Shown piece by piece: positions 30,201-38,866 of a stretch of 64,000 nucleotides of DNA. The position numbers were made by a program, and so were the translations under genes. Below the pieces are notes generated by a model. The model worked only from the letters and a program-made list of their open reading frames with translations, had not been told where the DNA came from and ran no database searches. Position 1 is the stretch's first letter. Each line of letters starts with the position of its first letter. Source of the stretch: Sterolibacteriaceae bacterium (lineage in GTDB: Bacteria > Pseudomonadota > Gammaproteobacteria > Burkholderiales > Rhodocyclaceae); the NCBI GenBank assembly GCA_043738385.1, contig JAYUGL010000167.1, positions 348 through 64,347 of the forward strand. The letters run 5' to 3'.

Positions 30201-31429
30201 TATTTTCCTCCCTTTGCGGCCCGCTCAAGGAGCAGTACCTGCGCATCCATGTAGCTGCCACCGGAGCCGCCGACGACGCAGCGCTGCACACCTGGTATCT
30301 GGCGTTCAGGTTCGGCCCGCCACAGCAATTGGCGTACGCCTTCGACCAGCAAGGCGGTACCGCCGCCCACGCCAGTGTGGCCGGCCGACAACATGCCACC
30401 ATTGGTGTTGCAGGGCAGCTTGCCGCCAGGGTCGGCGACACCGGAAGCAAACCAGCGCGCACCCTCACCGGGCTTGCAGAACCCCAGGCCCTCCACGGCA
30501 CTGGTGATCACGGCGGTATAGGTGTCGTAGATCTGGGCGATCTGCGCATCCTCGGGACCCCAGCCTGACTGCTCGTAAGCGCGTTTGGCCGCCGTGGCCC
30601 AACCCAGCGCACCAAGATCGGGCTCCTGGCCTATGCTGTAGTGGCTAACGCAGCCGCCCGAGCCCGCTACCCGCACCGTGGTGTCCAGACCGCGCTGCTT
30701 GGCGTTTTCGGCACTGGTCATCACAAAGGCCACCGCGCCGTCTGCCAGCATTGGACACTCCAGGGCATGCAAGGGATCAGCGACCATTTTTGAGGCCAGC
30801 ACCTTTTCCACGGTCAAGGGTTTACCGTAGTACATGGCATTCGGATTGAGCTGGGCCCACTTGCGCAAGGTCACGCAGACCGAGGCCATGGCCTCGGGGC
30901 TCGATTGGGTCGCGTGCATGTAGCGCCGTGTGATCAAGGCGCCGATGGCATTGAACTGCAGGCCCGTGGGCATCTCCCATTCGTTGGGGATGCCGTACTT
31001 GCTGAGCATGTTCACCATCGCGTTCACGTCGGCCGAGCCCCAGCGCTCGCACTGCAAGACCAGCACAGTACGTGCGTGGCCGGAGGCGATCAGGCCCGAG
31101 GCAATGCGCACCGCGTTATCGCTGGTGGAGCCGCCAGAATGCACCATAAAGTTCGACTTCAGGTGCCCGATCAATCCCAGTTCTTCAGTCATGCGCGAGA
31201 AGATGAGGTCGGCCTGGTCGACAGCAGAGTGCAAACATGGGATCAGCAAAATCGTGTCGACATCGCGCGGCACCATTTGCGCATCGGCCAGTGCGCGCAA
31301 AGCGACGTGGGTGAGATCGCCAATAAAATCGCGATCAGGGTAGCGTCCGGAAGGCAGCTCGCCGATGCCAATGAACACCGGGTCGTTAGGTGATTTTGCG
31401 TTTACATTCATGGGCCAGGTGTCACTCAT
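30200..31429 (-). CDS. Thiolase-like protein (SCP-x type, DUF35-associated)
   Basis: 409 aa with thiolase-fold length and C-terminal NTNGGMLSAGHTGVGGG. It sits directly upstream of DUF35, as in known SCP-x thiolase/DUF35 pairs. Confidence 0.8.
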   Translation of the reverse strand: MSDTWPMNVNAKSPNDPVFIGIGELPSGRYPDRDFIGDLTHVALRALADAQMVPRDVDTILLIPCLHSAVDQADLIFSRMTEELGLIGHLKSNFMVHSGGSTSDNAVRIASGLIASGHARTVLVLQCERWGSADVNAMVNMLSKYGIPNEWEMPTGLQFNAIGALITRRYMHATQSSPEAMASVCVTLRKWAQLNPNAMYYGKPLTVEKVLASKMVADPLHALECPMLADGAVAFVMTSAENAKQRGLDTTVRVAGSGGCVSHYSIGQEPDLGALGWATAAKRAYEQSGWGPEDAQIAQIYDTYTAVITSAVEGLGFCKPGEGARWFASGVADPGGKLPCNTNGGMLSAGHTGVGGGTALLVEGVRQLLWRAEPERQIPGVQRCVVGGSGGSYMDAQVLLLERAAKGGK

Positions 31430-31916
31430 TACCCGTTCCTTTTTGTGTTTGGCGCCGCGCCAGCATAATCTGCAGGAATGTCATGACTTCTTCCTCCTTT
31501 TGATTGCGTACTGAATAGTTGACATGCAAGGTGCCGTATTTCGGATTGCTTCCGGCACTGAGTTCGACAACCTCGGCATGGACCTTAACGGTATCGCCCG
31601 GGAGCACCGGCTTCAATGCGCGCAGGCTCTTGATCTCCAACAATGCGACGATCGCGTTGCCGTAAAAACCACTCATCCCTACCAGCCCGACCGCGATGGC
31701 GAAGGTCAGCGGGCCGTGTGCGATCCGCGTGCCAAAGCGGGTGGATTTTCCAAATTCTTCGTCAATGTGCAGCGGATAATAATCGCCGGTCAGTCCAGCG
31801 AAGGTCGTCAGGTCGCCAATGTCCACCGTGCGTCCGCGCGTCACCATCAAATCGCCAAGGATGAAATCGTCGAAAGCCTTATCTTGCGGATCGTTCAAAG
31901 TGCGTCCAGCACGCAT
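31422..31916 (-). CDS. MaoC-like (R)-specific enoyl-CoA hydratase, hot-dog fold
   Basis: Internal ATG 31916 (MRAGRTLNDPQ...). The FAGLTGDYYPLHID MaoC dehydratase motif is present. Confidence 0.8.
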   Translation of the reverse strand: MRAGRTLNDPQDKAFDDFILGDLMVTRGRTVDIGDLTTFAGLTGDYYPLHIDEEFGKSTRFGTRIAHGPLTFAIAVGLVGMSGFYGNAIVALLEIKSLRALKPVLPGDTVKVHAEVVELSAGSNPKYGTLHVNYSVRNQKEEEVMTFLQIMLARRQTQKGTGNE

Positions 31917-31927
31917 GTTCTTCCCCC

Positions 31928-31943
31928 AAACAATCATTTGTTT
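31928..31943. promoter_or_regulatory. Palindrome AAACAA-tcat-TTGTTT upstream of the MaoC-led operon (candidate operator)
   Basis: Perfect 6-bp arms 12 nt upstream of ATG 31916. It shares the 10-mer ACAATCATTT with the region just upstream of the TetR start (reverse complement at 32756-32765). Confidence 0.35.
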
Positions 31944-32073
31944 AAGCAAGTTAGGATACCTGAGACAGGACTGCCACGTCAACTTGGGTAAGGCGGCGTA
32001 ACGGGCGTCGCGGGTGCGAGACTGAACTTAATAGTACGGTGCGGAATGTCGAAAGCCGCGTGCTTTTTTTCAG

Positions 32074-32751
32074 TCAAACGGACTTCGTTGATGGCTGGTT
32101 CGCGGTGGTTTTTTTGTGCTTTCTCGTTTGCGCTGCGGCGTCCGATGGCGCAGATTCATACCCGCCAGCACACAAGCCGTGCAGCAGATAATCTGCAAGC
32201 TTTTCACCAATTTCCTCGGCTCCGGCAGGCCCGTGCGGTGAGTACCATTCCGGTGTCCAATTGAGGGCGCCCAGAATCGTGAATACCGCGATCCGGCCAT
32301 CAATCTTGGGGCTGAAATCCCCATTTTTGATGCCGTCATCCATGATTCTCTCGAAAATCTTCTGGTAGCGACGGCGTTTGTCCCTGGCACGTGGAAGATT
32401 CTGCTCGCTGAGAAAGCGCCATTGGTGGAACACCACGAGTGCGCGCTCCGGGTTTTCGGCGGCAACAGCAACGTGCGCCTTGATCGCAGTACGCATGCGC
32501 AGCGCGGCGGACTCTGTCGACGCGGCAAGCGGCCCTTCGATTGCGAGGAATCTTTCGATGCCGGATTCGACAAGTTCGACGAGCAAGGTTTCCTTGCCGT
32601 CGATGTGCGCATAGAGGCTGCCGGGCAACATGGCCACGGCGTTGGCGATATCGCGCATCGTCGTGCCCGGATAGCCCTGCGTGCTGAAAAGCCGCATTGC
32701 TGCCTCGAGAATGGCTTCCCGCGGGTGGAGCGAGTCTTGTGGTGCGCTCAT
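32074..32751 (-). CDS. TetR-family transcriptional regulator
   Basis: Internal ATG 32751 (MSAPQDSLHPREAILEAAMRLFSTQGYPGTTMRDIANAV...) carries the TetR HTH. About 225 aa. Confidence 0.85.
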   Translation of the reverse strand: MSAPQDSLHPREAILEAAMRLFSTQGYPGTTMRDIANAVAMLPGSLYAHIDGKETLLVELVESGIERFLAIEGPLAASTESAALRMRTAIKAHVAVAAENPERALVVFHQWRFLSEQNLPRARDKRRRYQKIFERIMDDGIKNGDFSPKIDGRIAVFTILGALNWTPEWYSPHGPAGAEEIGEKLADYLLHGLCAGGYESAPSDAAAQTRKHKKTTANQPSTKSV

Positions 32752-32995
32752 TTGAAAATGATTGTCATAAAAATAACCGACATCGTGGATGTAGCGAGAC
32801 CACGCTGGATAAACCAACGCACAACGCGTATCGATCCTTGATCTCTCGCACCACAACGCGGCTCAAATACGTGATGATTTCAGATTATAACGGACTCTCC
32901 CAGACGTAAAACAAACGCTTGCAAGCACTGCCGTCGCTTAGTAATCAGCATCCCAAGTCCTTCTTGCCTGATTTGGATCGACCAAAGTAGGGCAC

Positions 32996-34174
32996 TTACC
33001 ACCGGCTGGCCATGCTTGCCATTTGGATGACCAAGGCCAGCAGCGCGAGCCAGATCAGCGTGGCACCCATCGCGCGCAAGCGCCCCAGGTTATACGTCAA
33101 GCGGAAAGCGCCCCAGGCGCCGACCACCCACAGCACGCTCATGAGCCAGACCAGCGCGGCGAGCGTCGCCATGCCGATCGTCGGGCCCTGCATCGTGCTG
33201 TCCAGCAGTGTCTGTGCCAGCAGGGCGCGCTCAGCGAGTGGCTGCGGCAACCGGAAAATGGCGAGGTATCGGGTAAACACCTCGGCATCGACCAACTGCG
33301 CGCCCAGCACAATCATCAGCGCCCCCGCACAGAAACCTAGCCACGCGCCACCGTAGATGTAGGAGAAGATCAGCGTTACCTGCCGGAATTCAGTACGTGC
33401 GCCGCACAATCGCCATGCCAGGGTCAGCGGTACCGACACCAGTGTGATCAGGATCAGGCCAAACAGCACGCCGACAAGGAGCCAGGAGATGGCGTCCGAT
33501 ACGCCGACACCGATGACCAGGGCAAGGTTTCCCAGCAGCAGGCAGGCGAAAAGGAACAGGAAGGCGCGCACATGATCGAGGGTGCGCCCGGTCTGGCGCC
33601 GCGCAATCAGGCGCCGTGGATGCGTCGCCAACTCCAGCATGTCGAGAGCGAAGCGCGAAAACACATCCATCGCCTCGCTGTTGCCAGAAGGCGATGGCGG
33701 CGCTTCCGTCTCGATGGCAAATTGCGCTTGCAGGCTGCCAATCAAGCGGTTGGCATCGTCGCGCCAACGCGATTCCATCAACTCGACGGCCTGGCAACGC
33801 GAGAAGGCCTGTAGTGACGTCGGCAGCGCCTCGGCTGGCGGCATTTTTGCTCCAGCGACCAGTATTGGAATCACCGGCACCTCAGCGCGAAACGCTGCTT
33901 CGATCTCGAGGCGCACAAAGTCGCCCTGGTCGTCCAGCCGACGCCTGCCCTGAGAGTCGCGTGCATCGGCCCAGTCGGGGCCGACCACGGCGAGAACCAC
34001 GGTCGAGACGCTGATCGCGCTATTGATGGCATCGGCGAAATCCGCGCCGGCGATGATCGAATCGTAGTCGCGAAACACGCGCTGCGGGCCGAAGTACTGC
34101 TCCAGCTGGTCGGCGAGCCGGCCGGTGGCGCTCAACGCGTCCTGCCGCCGGTAGGATAGAAATATGTCGGACAT
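32996..34174 (-). CDS. TIR-domain protein fused to a multi-pass membrane domain (TIR-A)
   Basis: N-terminal TIR (IFLSYRRQD, GRLADQL, VFRDYDSI, DFVRLEIEAAF, VIPILV), then at least 5 hydrophobic helices (Yip1-like by eye). AGGAGG RBS present. Confidence 0.8.
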   Translation of the reverse strand: MSDIFLSYRRQDALSATGRLADQLEQYFGPQRVFRDYDSIIAGADFADAINSAISVSTVVLAVVGPDWADARDSQGRRRLDDQGDFVRLEIEAAFRAEVPVIPILVAGAKMPPAEALPTSLQAFSRCQAVELMESRWRDDANRLIGSLQAQFAIETEAPPSPSGNSEAMDVFSRFALDMLELATHPRRLIARRQTGRTLDHVRAFLFLFACLLLGNLALVIGVGVSDAISWLLVGVLFGLILITLVSVPLTLAWRLCGARTEFRQVTLIFSYIYGGAWLGFCAGALMIVLGAQLVDAEVFTRYLAIFRLPQPLAERALLAQTLLDSTMQGPTIGMATLAALVWLMSVLWVVGAWGAFRLTYNLGRLRAMGATLIWLALLALVIQMASMASRW

Positions 34175-34321
34175 GTCGAGGGCCTCCTGACGCTGATTGC
34201 TGCGGCGCGAATGGCATGAAAGTCGAATCCATCACGGCGCTTCCCGCGTTATGAAACCCCCGCTGCATCCGTTACTTGATGGTGCCGCGCTGCGTGCCGG
34301 ACGCCATCAAAAACCGTGCGA

Positions 34322-35548
34322 TCACGGAAACGTTTCCGAGCCGTCCGGCTCATAGTGCGGCACTTTGTTCATCTCGTGGCGAAACTTCGATAACTCGTAA
34401 TACATGCGCCGCCGCGCGCGGCTTTGATTGCCCAGCGGACGATGCTCCGCCAGGCAATGCCAAGGGTTATACGACAGGCGTTTGGCGAAAGCCATCTGCT
34501 CGGGCGAGTTGAATTTCTGTCTGGGAATTCGTAGCGTGGCGACCGACACACGCGGTGAAAGTTTCTCGGGCCAAAGGACACCCGCATGTTCGATCGGCAT
34601 GAGATGCGAATCGGTCTGTAACTGAACGCGTACGTCGAGTTCCACATCCTCTTGGTCGAGCGCCGCGACCATGGCGTTGCGCAGGTAGTCGTCGGGCGGA
34701 CGAAACGGCAGGCGCGGGATTGGCGTCTTCTTTTTCGACACGGGCCAGAACGAGTACTGCATGGCTTGCCCTTCCCCCAACAGATAGGGCACACAACTGA
34801 AATACGGCGCCTCAAACGGACTGCTCTGCGTTTTGATCCAAAGCCCCTGCATGATCAAGTCCAACATGTGTGGACGCTTGAAGTTAATGAAGTGGAAAAG
34901 CGAGGCATTCTTCAAACTCCACGTCTGCAGATGGGCGTTTGCGTAAGTGTCGGGGGTGACAAACGTCGGCGGCGACACGCCAAACATGTCCTGCGTGAAC
35001 TTTTCCTCGTCCATGAGCTTGGGACCCGGCACATCCATCAGCTTGACGCTGATGCTCATGAACCCCACGTCGTCTATATCCGGAGTGACATACGGGCCGG
35101 GGCCGGAGAAACGCACCCAGGCCGGATACGATCTGGGCGCGGCGAAGATGCCATGGCGAAAATGGGGCGGCAGATCGTCATGCACGATGAGTTCGGCGCG
35201 CACGATGCCCTGGGTTTTGGTGTTGCCGCCACGTTCGAAGCCCCCGGGCTTCCACAGCCCGCTCATCTGCTGCTTGAAGGTCGTGATGATCGACTCAAGG
35301 TTGGCCTCTTCGTCAGGCAACAGCTTTTCCTCGGCAATCTTCAGGCCTTCGTCAGTCCGTTGCCAGTTGATTAGGGCCGTGGTCAGGCGCGATAGGGCAT
35401 CGCGAAGCACGGCATCGAAGGCGGGGCGAATGAAAGGATCTATTCGCCGCTCCATTTGCACCAGGAACATCGACGTATTGCTGATCCAATTCAACAGGGC
35501 CGAGCCAGCATTGGCTCGCGGTACCGAGCGACTCGTGTTTGAATCCAT
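34322..35548 (-). CDS. Catalase-related haem protein (non-canonical catalase family)
   Basis: ATG 35548 preceded by GAGAGG. ERGGNTKTQG...VRFSGPGP and C-terminal NPWH..HRPLGNQSRARRRMY resemble catalase-core / catalase-related peroxidase motifs, including the proximal Tyr region. Confidence 0.6.
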   Translation of the reverse strand: MDSNTSRSVPRANAGSALLNWISNTSMFLVQMERRIDPFIRPAFDAVLRDALSRLTTALINWQRTDEGLKIAEEKLLPDEEANLESIITTFKQQMSGLWKPGGFERGGNTKTQGIVRAELIVHDDLPPHFRHGIFAAPRSYPAWVRFSGPGPYVTPDIDDVGFMSISVKLMDVPGPKLMDEEKFTQDMFGVSPPTFVTPDTYANAHLQTWSLKNASLFHFINFKRPHMLDLIMQGLWIKTQSSPFEAPYFSCVPYLLGEGQAMQYSFWPVSKKKTPIPRLPFRPPDDYLRNAMVAALDQEDVELDVRVQLQTDSHLMPIEHAGVLWPEKLSPRVSVATLRIPRQKFNSPEQMAFAKRLSYNPWHCLAEHRPLGNQSRARRRMYYELSKFRHEMNKVPHYEPDGSETFP

Positions 35549-35559
35549 GGCAACCTCTC

Positions 35560-37074
35560 TCAATGTGACATCGCGAGATAGCGTAAAGCGCGTATGCCTG
35601 GCAACAAAAAGTACGCCCCGCCTCGCACGGTGACAAACGACGGAAGCGCTGTCAGTCGTTTGTCAGGGCCATCGGACTGAGGTATCGAGAACACATCGGT
35701 GCGAGTTCCATCAGGGCCTGGTTGACGCTGCCCCAGCAGCGGGTCACCTTCACCGGCAAGGCCGTCGAACTTGGTTCCGGCGATCCATGCGCTTTGCACA
35801 AACTCGAACTGCCGGGCAATGTTCGCCACCAAACAAACAAAGTGCAGGCCGGACTCATCGCCTTGGGGCGTATCGGCCAATGCTTGAGGCAGGGACGCCG
35901 TGGCGCCGTACTTCCGACCGCGGCGCAGCAGCCGGTGGAATCGCGTGGATGCAACATGATCATTTTCCAGCGCTTCGGCGTCGAAGCCCAGCGTCCGGAT
36001 AAGTCGCGAAAACATTCCTGGATTGCCGGGTGGCAGATCAGCGTTGCGCGGATTGCTCCGGCGGATATGCGCACCCAGCGGGCAACGCAAGCCTTGGAGA
36101 TCGGATTGGTAGGTAAATGCGTTTGCGTCGATATCCGGCTTTTCACTGTTACCCGCGATTATCTCGTTCGTGCGTCCAACCAGCGGCTCGCCGCTCAGCG
36201 TTCGGCCCACCATGGCCGCGGCCAAGCTTTCACGCAATGCCGCCTCGCCGCCGGCTTGCTGGTCAATGTAACGCCAAAAACCTTGTATGTCCTGTCGCAA
36301 CTGTCGCATCACAAGGTAGCTACCATTTCGACCCAGGTCAGCCTGCTTCGGCACGTCCTCCGCCCGCGGAAGTGCGGCGGCTGCGTCATGCCGTGGGTCC
36401 AGCAACGGCCGATCAGTGTAGCCACCGTACTCGTTTGGATAGCCCAGCAGGAACTCGCCGAGGCAGGCGAGATTTGTATAGGCATATTGTTCTTCGTCGC
36501 AAATGCGTCGCTCGCGATCCCAATCAAGCTTTGGTTGAGAAATGCCATCCTTGAAGCCGAAGGGTTCGAAGTCATCTATTTCAGCCGTCCCCAGGCAGGC
36601 CAGTTCTTCAAAACCTGCGCTGCACTGAGCTTGTACCAACCGTAGATAGCCGTCCAGTGTTCCAGACGTCGCATAGAGCATGATGAGAACGTGAGGCACG
36701 CAATGCTTGGCGCCCCAATCCCACTGACCAGGATCGCTGGCAGCCACATCGCCCAAACGCCGCGAACGACCGGGATCGCTGCTCATACCAGCGACATACT
36801 CGTTCGAGAAACTATCAACGATGTCTTGCGCGACACCCAACGCGAGCAACCCTTCGCTGGTGAGCGCCACCTGTAGAGCAGTCGGCGGTAGAGGATTCGC
36901 GGTCACTGCACTGGTTACGGGCGCCGCCGCCAGCCAGGCGCGCGCGGCATCACGATCCTTGATCCGCAACAGTAGAAAGCTCGCCTTGGTGAGATGTTTG
37001 AATCCGAATCTCAGCAGCCCCTGCATGTCATCCAGTTCCAGGGACCCGGCATCGCCTTCCGTTCGCATGTTCAT
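35560..37074 (-). CDS. Dyp-type peroxidase
   Basis: N-terminal DDMQGLLRFGF, GxxDG motif FGFKDGISQP and C-terminal FVCLVANIARQFEFVQ are typical of Dyp peroxidases. ATGA overlap with the upstream gene. Confidence 0.75.
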   Translation of the reverse strand: MNMRTEGDAGSLELDDMQGLLRFGFKHLTKASFLLLRIKDRDAARAWLAAAPVTSAVTANPLPPTALQVALTSEGLLALGVAQDIVDSFSNEYVAGMSSDPGRSRRLGDVAASDPGQWDWGAKHCVPHVLIMLYATSGTLDGYLRLVQAQCSAGFEELACLGTAEIDDFEPFGFKDGISQPKLDWDRERRICDEEQYAYTNLACLGEFLLGYPNEYGGYTDRPLLDPRHDAAAALPRAEDVPKQADLGRNGSYLVMRQLRQDIQGFWRYIDQQAGGEAALRESLAAAMVGRTLSGEPLVGRTNEIIAGNSEKPDIDANAFTYQSDLQGLRCPLGAHIRRSNPRNADLPPGNPGMFSRLIRTLGFDAEALENDHVASTRFHRLLRRGRKYGATASLPQALADTPQGDESGLHFVCLVANIARQFEFVQSAWIAGTKFDGLAGEGDPLLGQRQPGPDGTRTDVFSIPQSDGPDKRLTALPSFVTVRGGAYFLLPGIRALRYLAMSH

Positions 37075-38369
37075 AGCAACCTCAACCAGGATAGCGCTTG
37101 TGCATCGGTCATCGTGGCTTGTTCCAGACCTTCGCGAATGCGCTGGTTGCGTTCCATATCCAACGCGGTCAGTCCGGGATAGGCCTTGTACCAGACCTGA
37201 CTCGGTATCTGGTGCCGGCGCTGGTAATACTTGAAGCGCTGTTCATGGCGCGCGCCGCGCTTTATCAACCAATCCGTACGTGGCCAACCGATACCGTTGC
37301 TAAACACCAGGTTCAAACCCCATGCCACTTTGTTGATGAAGTCGTCCATGTACGCCTCGTGGCTGCCATCGTAATTGCTCGTGAACACAATCCGCGCCTT
37401 GTTGTCGATAAACACCCAGCGTGCAAAGTGTATGGTGCGCACGCGCCCCAGATGGCCACGATTAAAGATTTGGCGGGATGCGTAGTTGATCAGCACCAGT
37501 ACCACCGTCCCCACCCAGCGCCGAAATAGCCCCGGCTTCACCGAGCCCAGTGCCGAGAATTGGTTTGACACGTCACGATCCTCCAGCCGCCGCAACGCCT
37601 GTAGCGCTTGCGGATCAGGACGCGGACAGACCTCGGGATCATTTTTCTCGCGCGTGCGCAGTAGGACGATGATAAACGGTAGCATCACCAGCAAGATTGG
37701 CGATATAAGCAGCCCCGCAAGCGGCAGCGCAATTGCGTTCAGGAGTTTCGCCATCTGCCAATCCAGTGACGTGGGTTCCGGTTTCGTCAACACCAGCCGG
37801 CCGGCGCGCAGCTCGGCATCCACGAATGCGATGAGATCGCGTCTAACCCGCTGCGCATCCGCAGGCGACGCAAACCTATCGCGTGGTACTTGAGCGCAAA
37901 GCGCGCGTTGCAGAATGCTCTCTTGCCTGACCTGCATCACGGTGCGACCCACCCAGTTCACGTAGTTGGCCGCTACAGGCACGTCATGCGACAACATCCA
38001 GGCCAGCAGGTCGCCTCCTGCATCGAAGTCTTCGCAATGAGCAAATATTCTGCGCAACCCCGCATCGGCGCGCCGCGACAAATTCGCGAGCAACTCCTGC
38101 GATGGCCCGTCGCAGTCCCCCATGAATACAAGTTGCTTGGGAAAATTCGGCGCCTGCATGCCATGGGCCGCATAGTCAACGAGCGTGGCATCCTCGAGCA
38201 CAACCAGGCGCGCGAAATGCAGCCGGTCAAATTCACCAAACGGCAGCAACGCGTTGCGTGGGTCAGCCATGCCGGGCGCAGAGTTCATGCTATCCAATAC
38301 CGCGCGCAAGTCAGCCTCGCGCCCCTTCGCGATTGCCGCCACCACCATGAAAGGCGATTGGGGCGTCAC
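37071..38369 (-). CDS. Hypothetical protein with one central hydrophobic segment
   Basis: 432 aa with protein-like composition, translationally coupled to Dyp. An N-terminal FDRLHFARLVVLED segment is reminiscent of Dyp-like ferredoxin folds. Central LLISPILLVMLPFIIVLL helix. Confidence 0.55.
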   Translation of the reverse strand: MTPQSPFMVVAAIAKGREADLRAVLDSMNSAPGMADPRNALLPFGEFDRLHFARLVVLEDATLVDYAAHGMQAPNFPKQLVFMGDCDGPSQELLANLSRRADAGLRRIFAHCEDFDAGGDLLAWMLSHDVPVAANYVNWVGRTVMQVRQESILQRALCAQVPRDRFASPADAQRVRRDLIAFVDAELRAGRLVLTKPEPTSLDWQMAKLLNAIALPLAGLLISPILLVMLPFIIVLLRTREKNDPEVCPRPDPQALQALRRLEDRDVSNQFSALGSVKPGLFRRWVGTVVLVLINYASRQIFNRGHLGRVRTIHFARWVFIDNKARIVFTSNYDGSHEAYMDDFINKVAWGLNLVFSNGIGWPRTDWLIKRGARHEQRFKYYQRRHQIPSQVWYKAYPGLTALDMERNQRIREGLEQATMTDAQALSWLRLL

Positions 38370-38372
38370 AAC

Positions 38373-38804
38373 TTAGAATTGCAGGCAGAAGTCGATCAGC
38401 CGCGTCTTGGACCAGTACACCTTGCCCAGATAAAAGCCGGGCCCGATGAGCCGGATTTCGTCGCGTACCCAGTGTGCCAGCAGCGAAGTCTCGGAGTAAT
38501 CCAGCACGATGCATTCTTTGTCGTCGAGCCAACTCTTGCCTTTGTATACCTTGGCAACTATAGCCTCAAGCCCGAACGCCAGGATTTTGTTTTTCAGCAC
38601 ACCTTTTTGTGCGTCGAACACTTTGCCCTGCCATCCGAAGTGATTAATGATCTCGGCGATATTTGCCGTGTACGCCGTTCCCGGCGCGATGATCGCCGTA
38701 CCCTTGGCCTGGCCATTCGGAATGTCGCCCACCGGGCTGGCCTTAAACAGATCGTCGAGTTGAACCTGTGACATCGATATCAGTTTTGCTGCGTCGTATT
38801 CCAT
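38373..38804 (-). CDS. Hypothetical small protein
   Basis: ORF 38373..38840. AGGAG is followed by ATG candidates at 38810 and 38804. No recognisable motif. Lies 3 nt upstream of the next gene. Confidence 0.5.
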   Translation of the reverse strand: MEYDAAKLISMSQVQLDDLFKASPVGDIPNGQAKGTAIIAPGTAYTANIAEIINHFGWQGKVFDAQKGVLKNKILAFGLEAIVAKVYKGKSWLDDKECIVLDYSETSLLAHWVRDEIRLIGPGFYLGKVYWSKTRLIDFCLQF

Positions 38805-38866
38805 TGCCATCTCCTGAGTTGAAATCCCGCTGTAAAACAACCAAACGCGCGCTCAAGCACGGTGCA

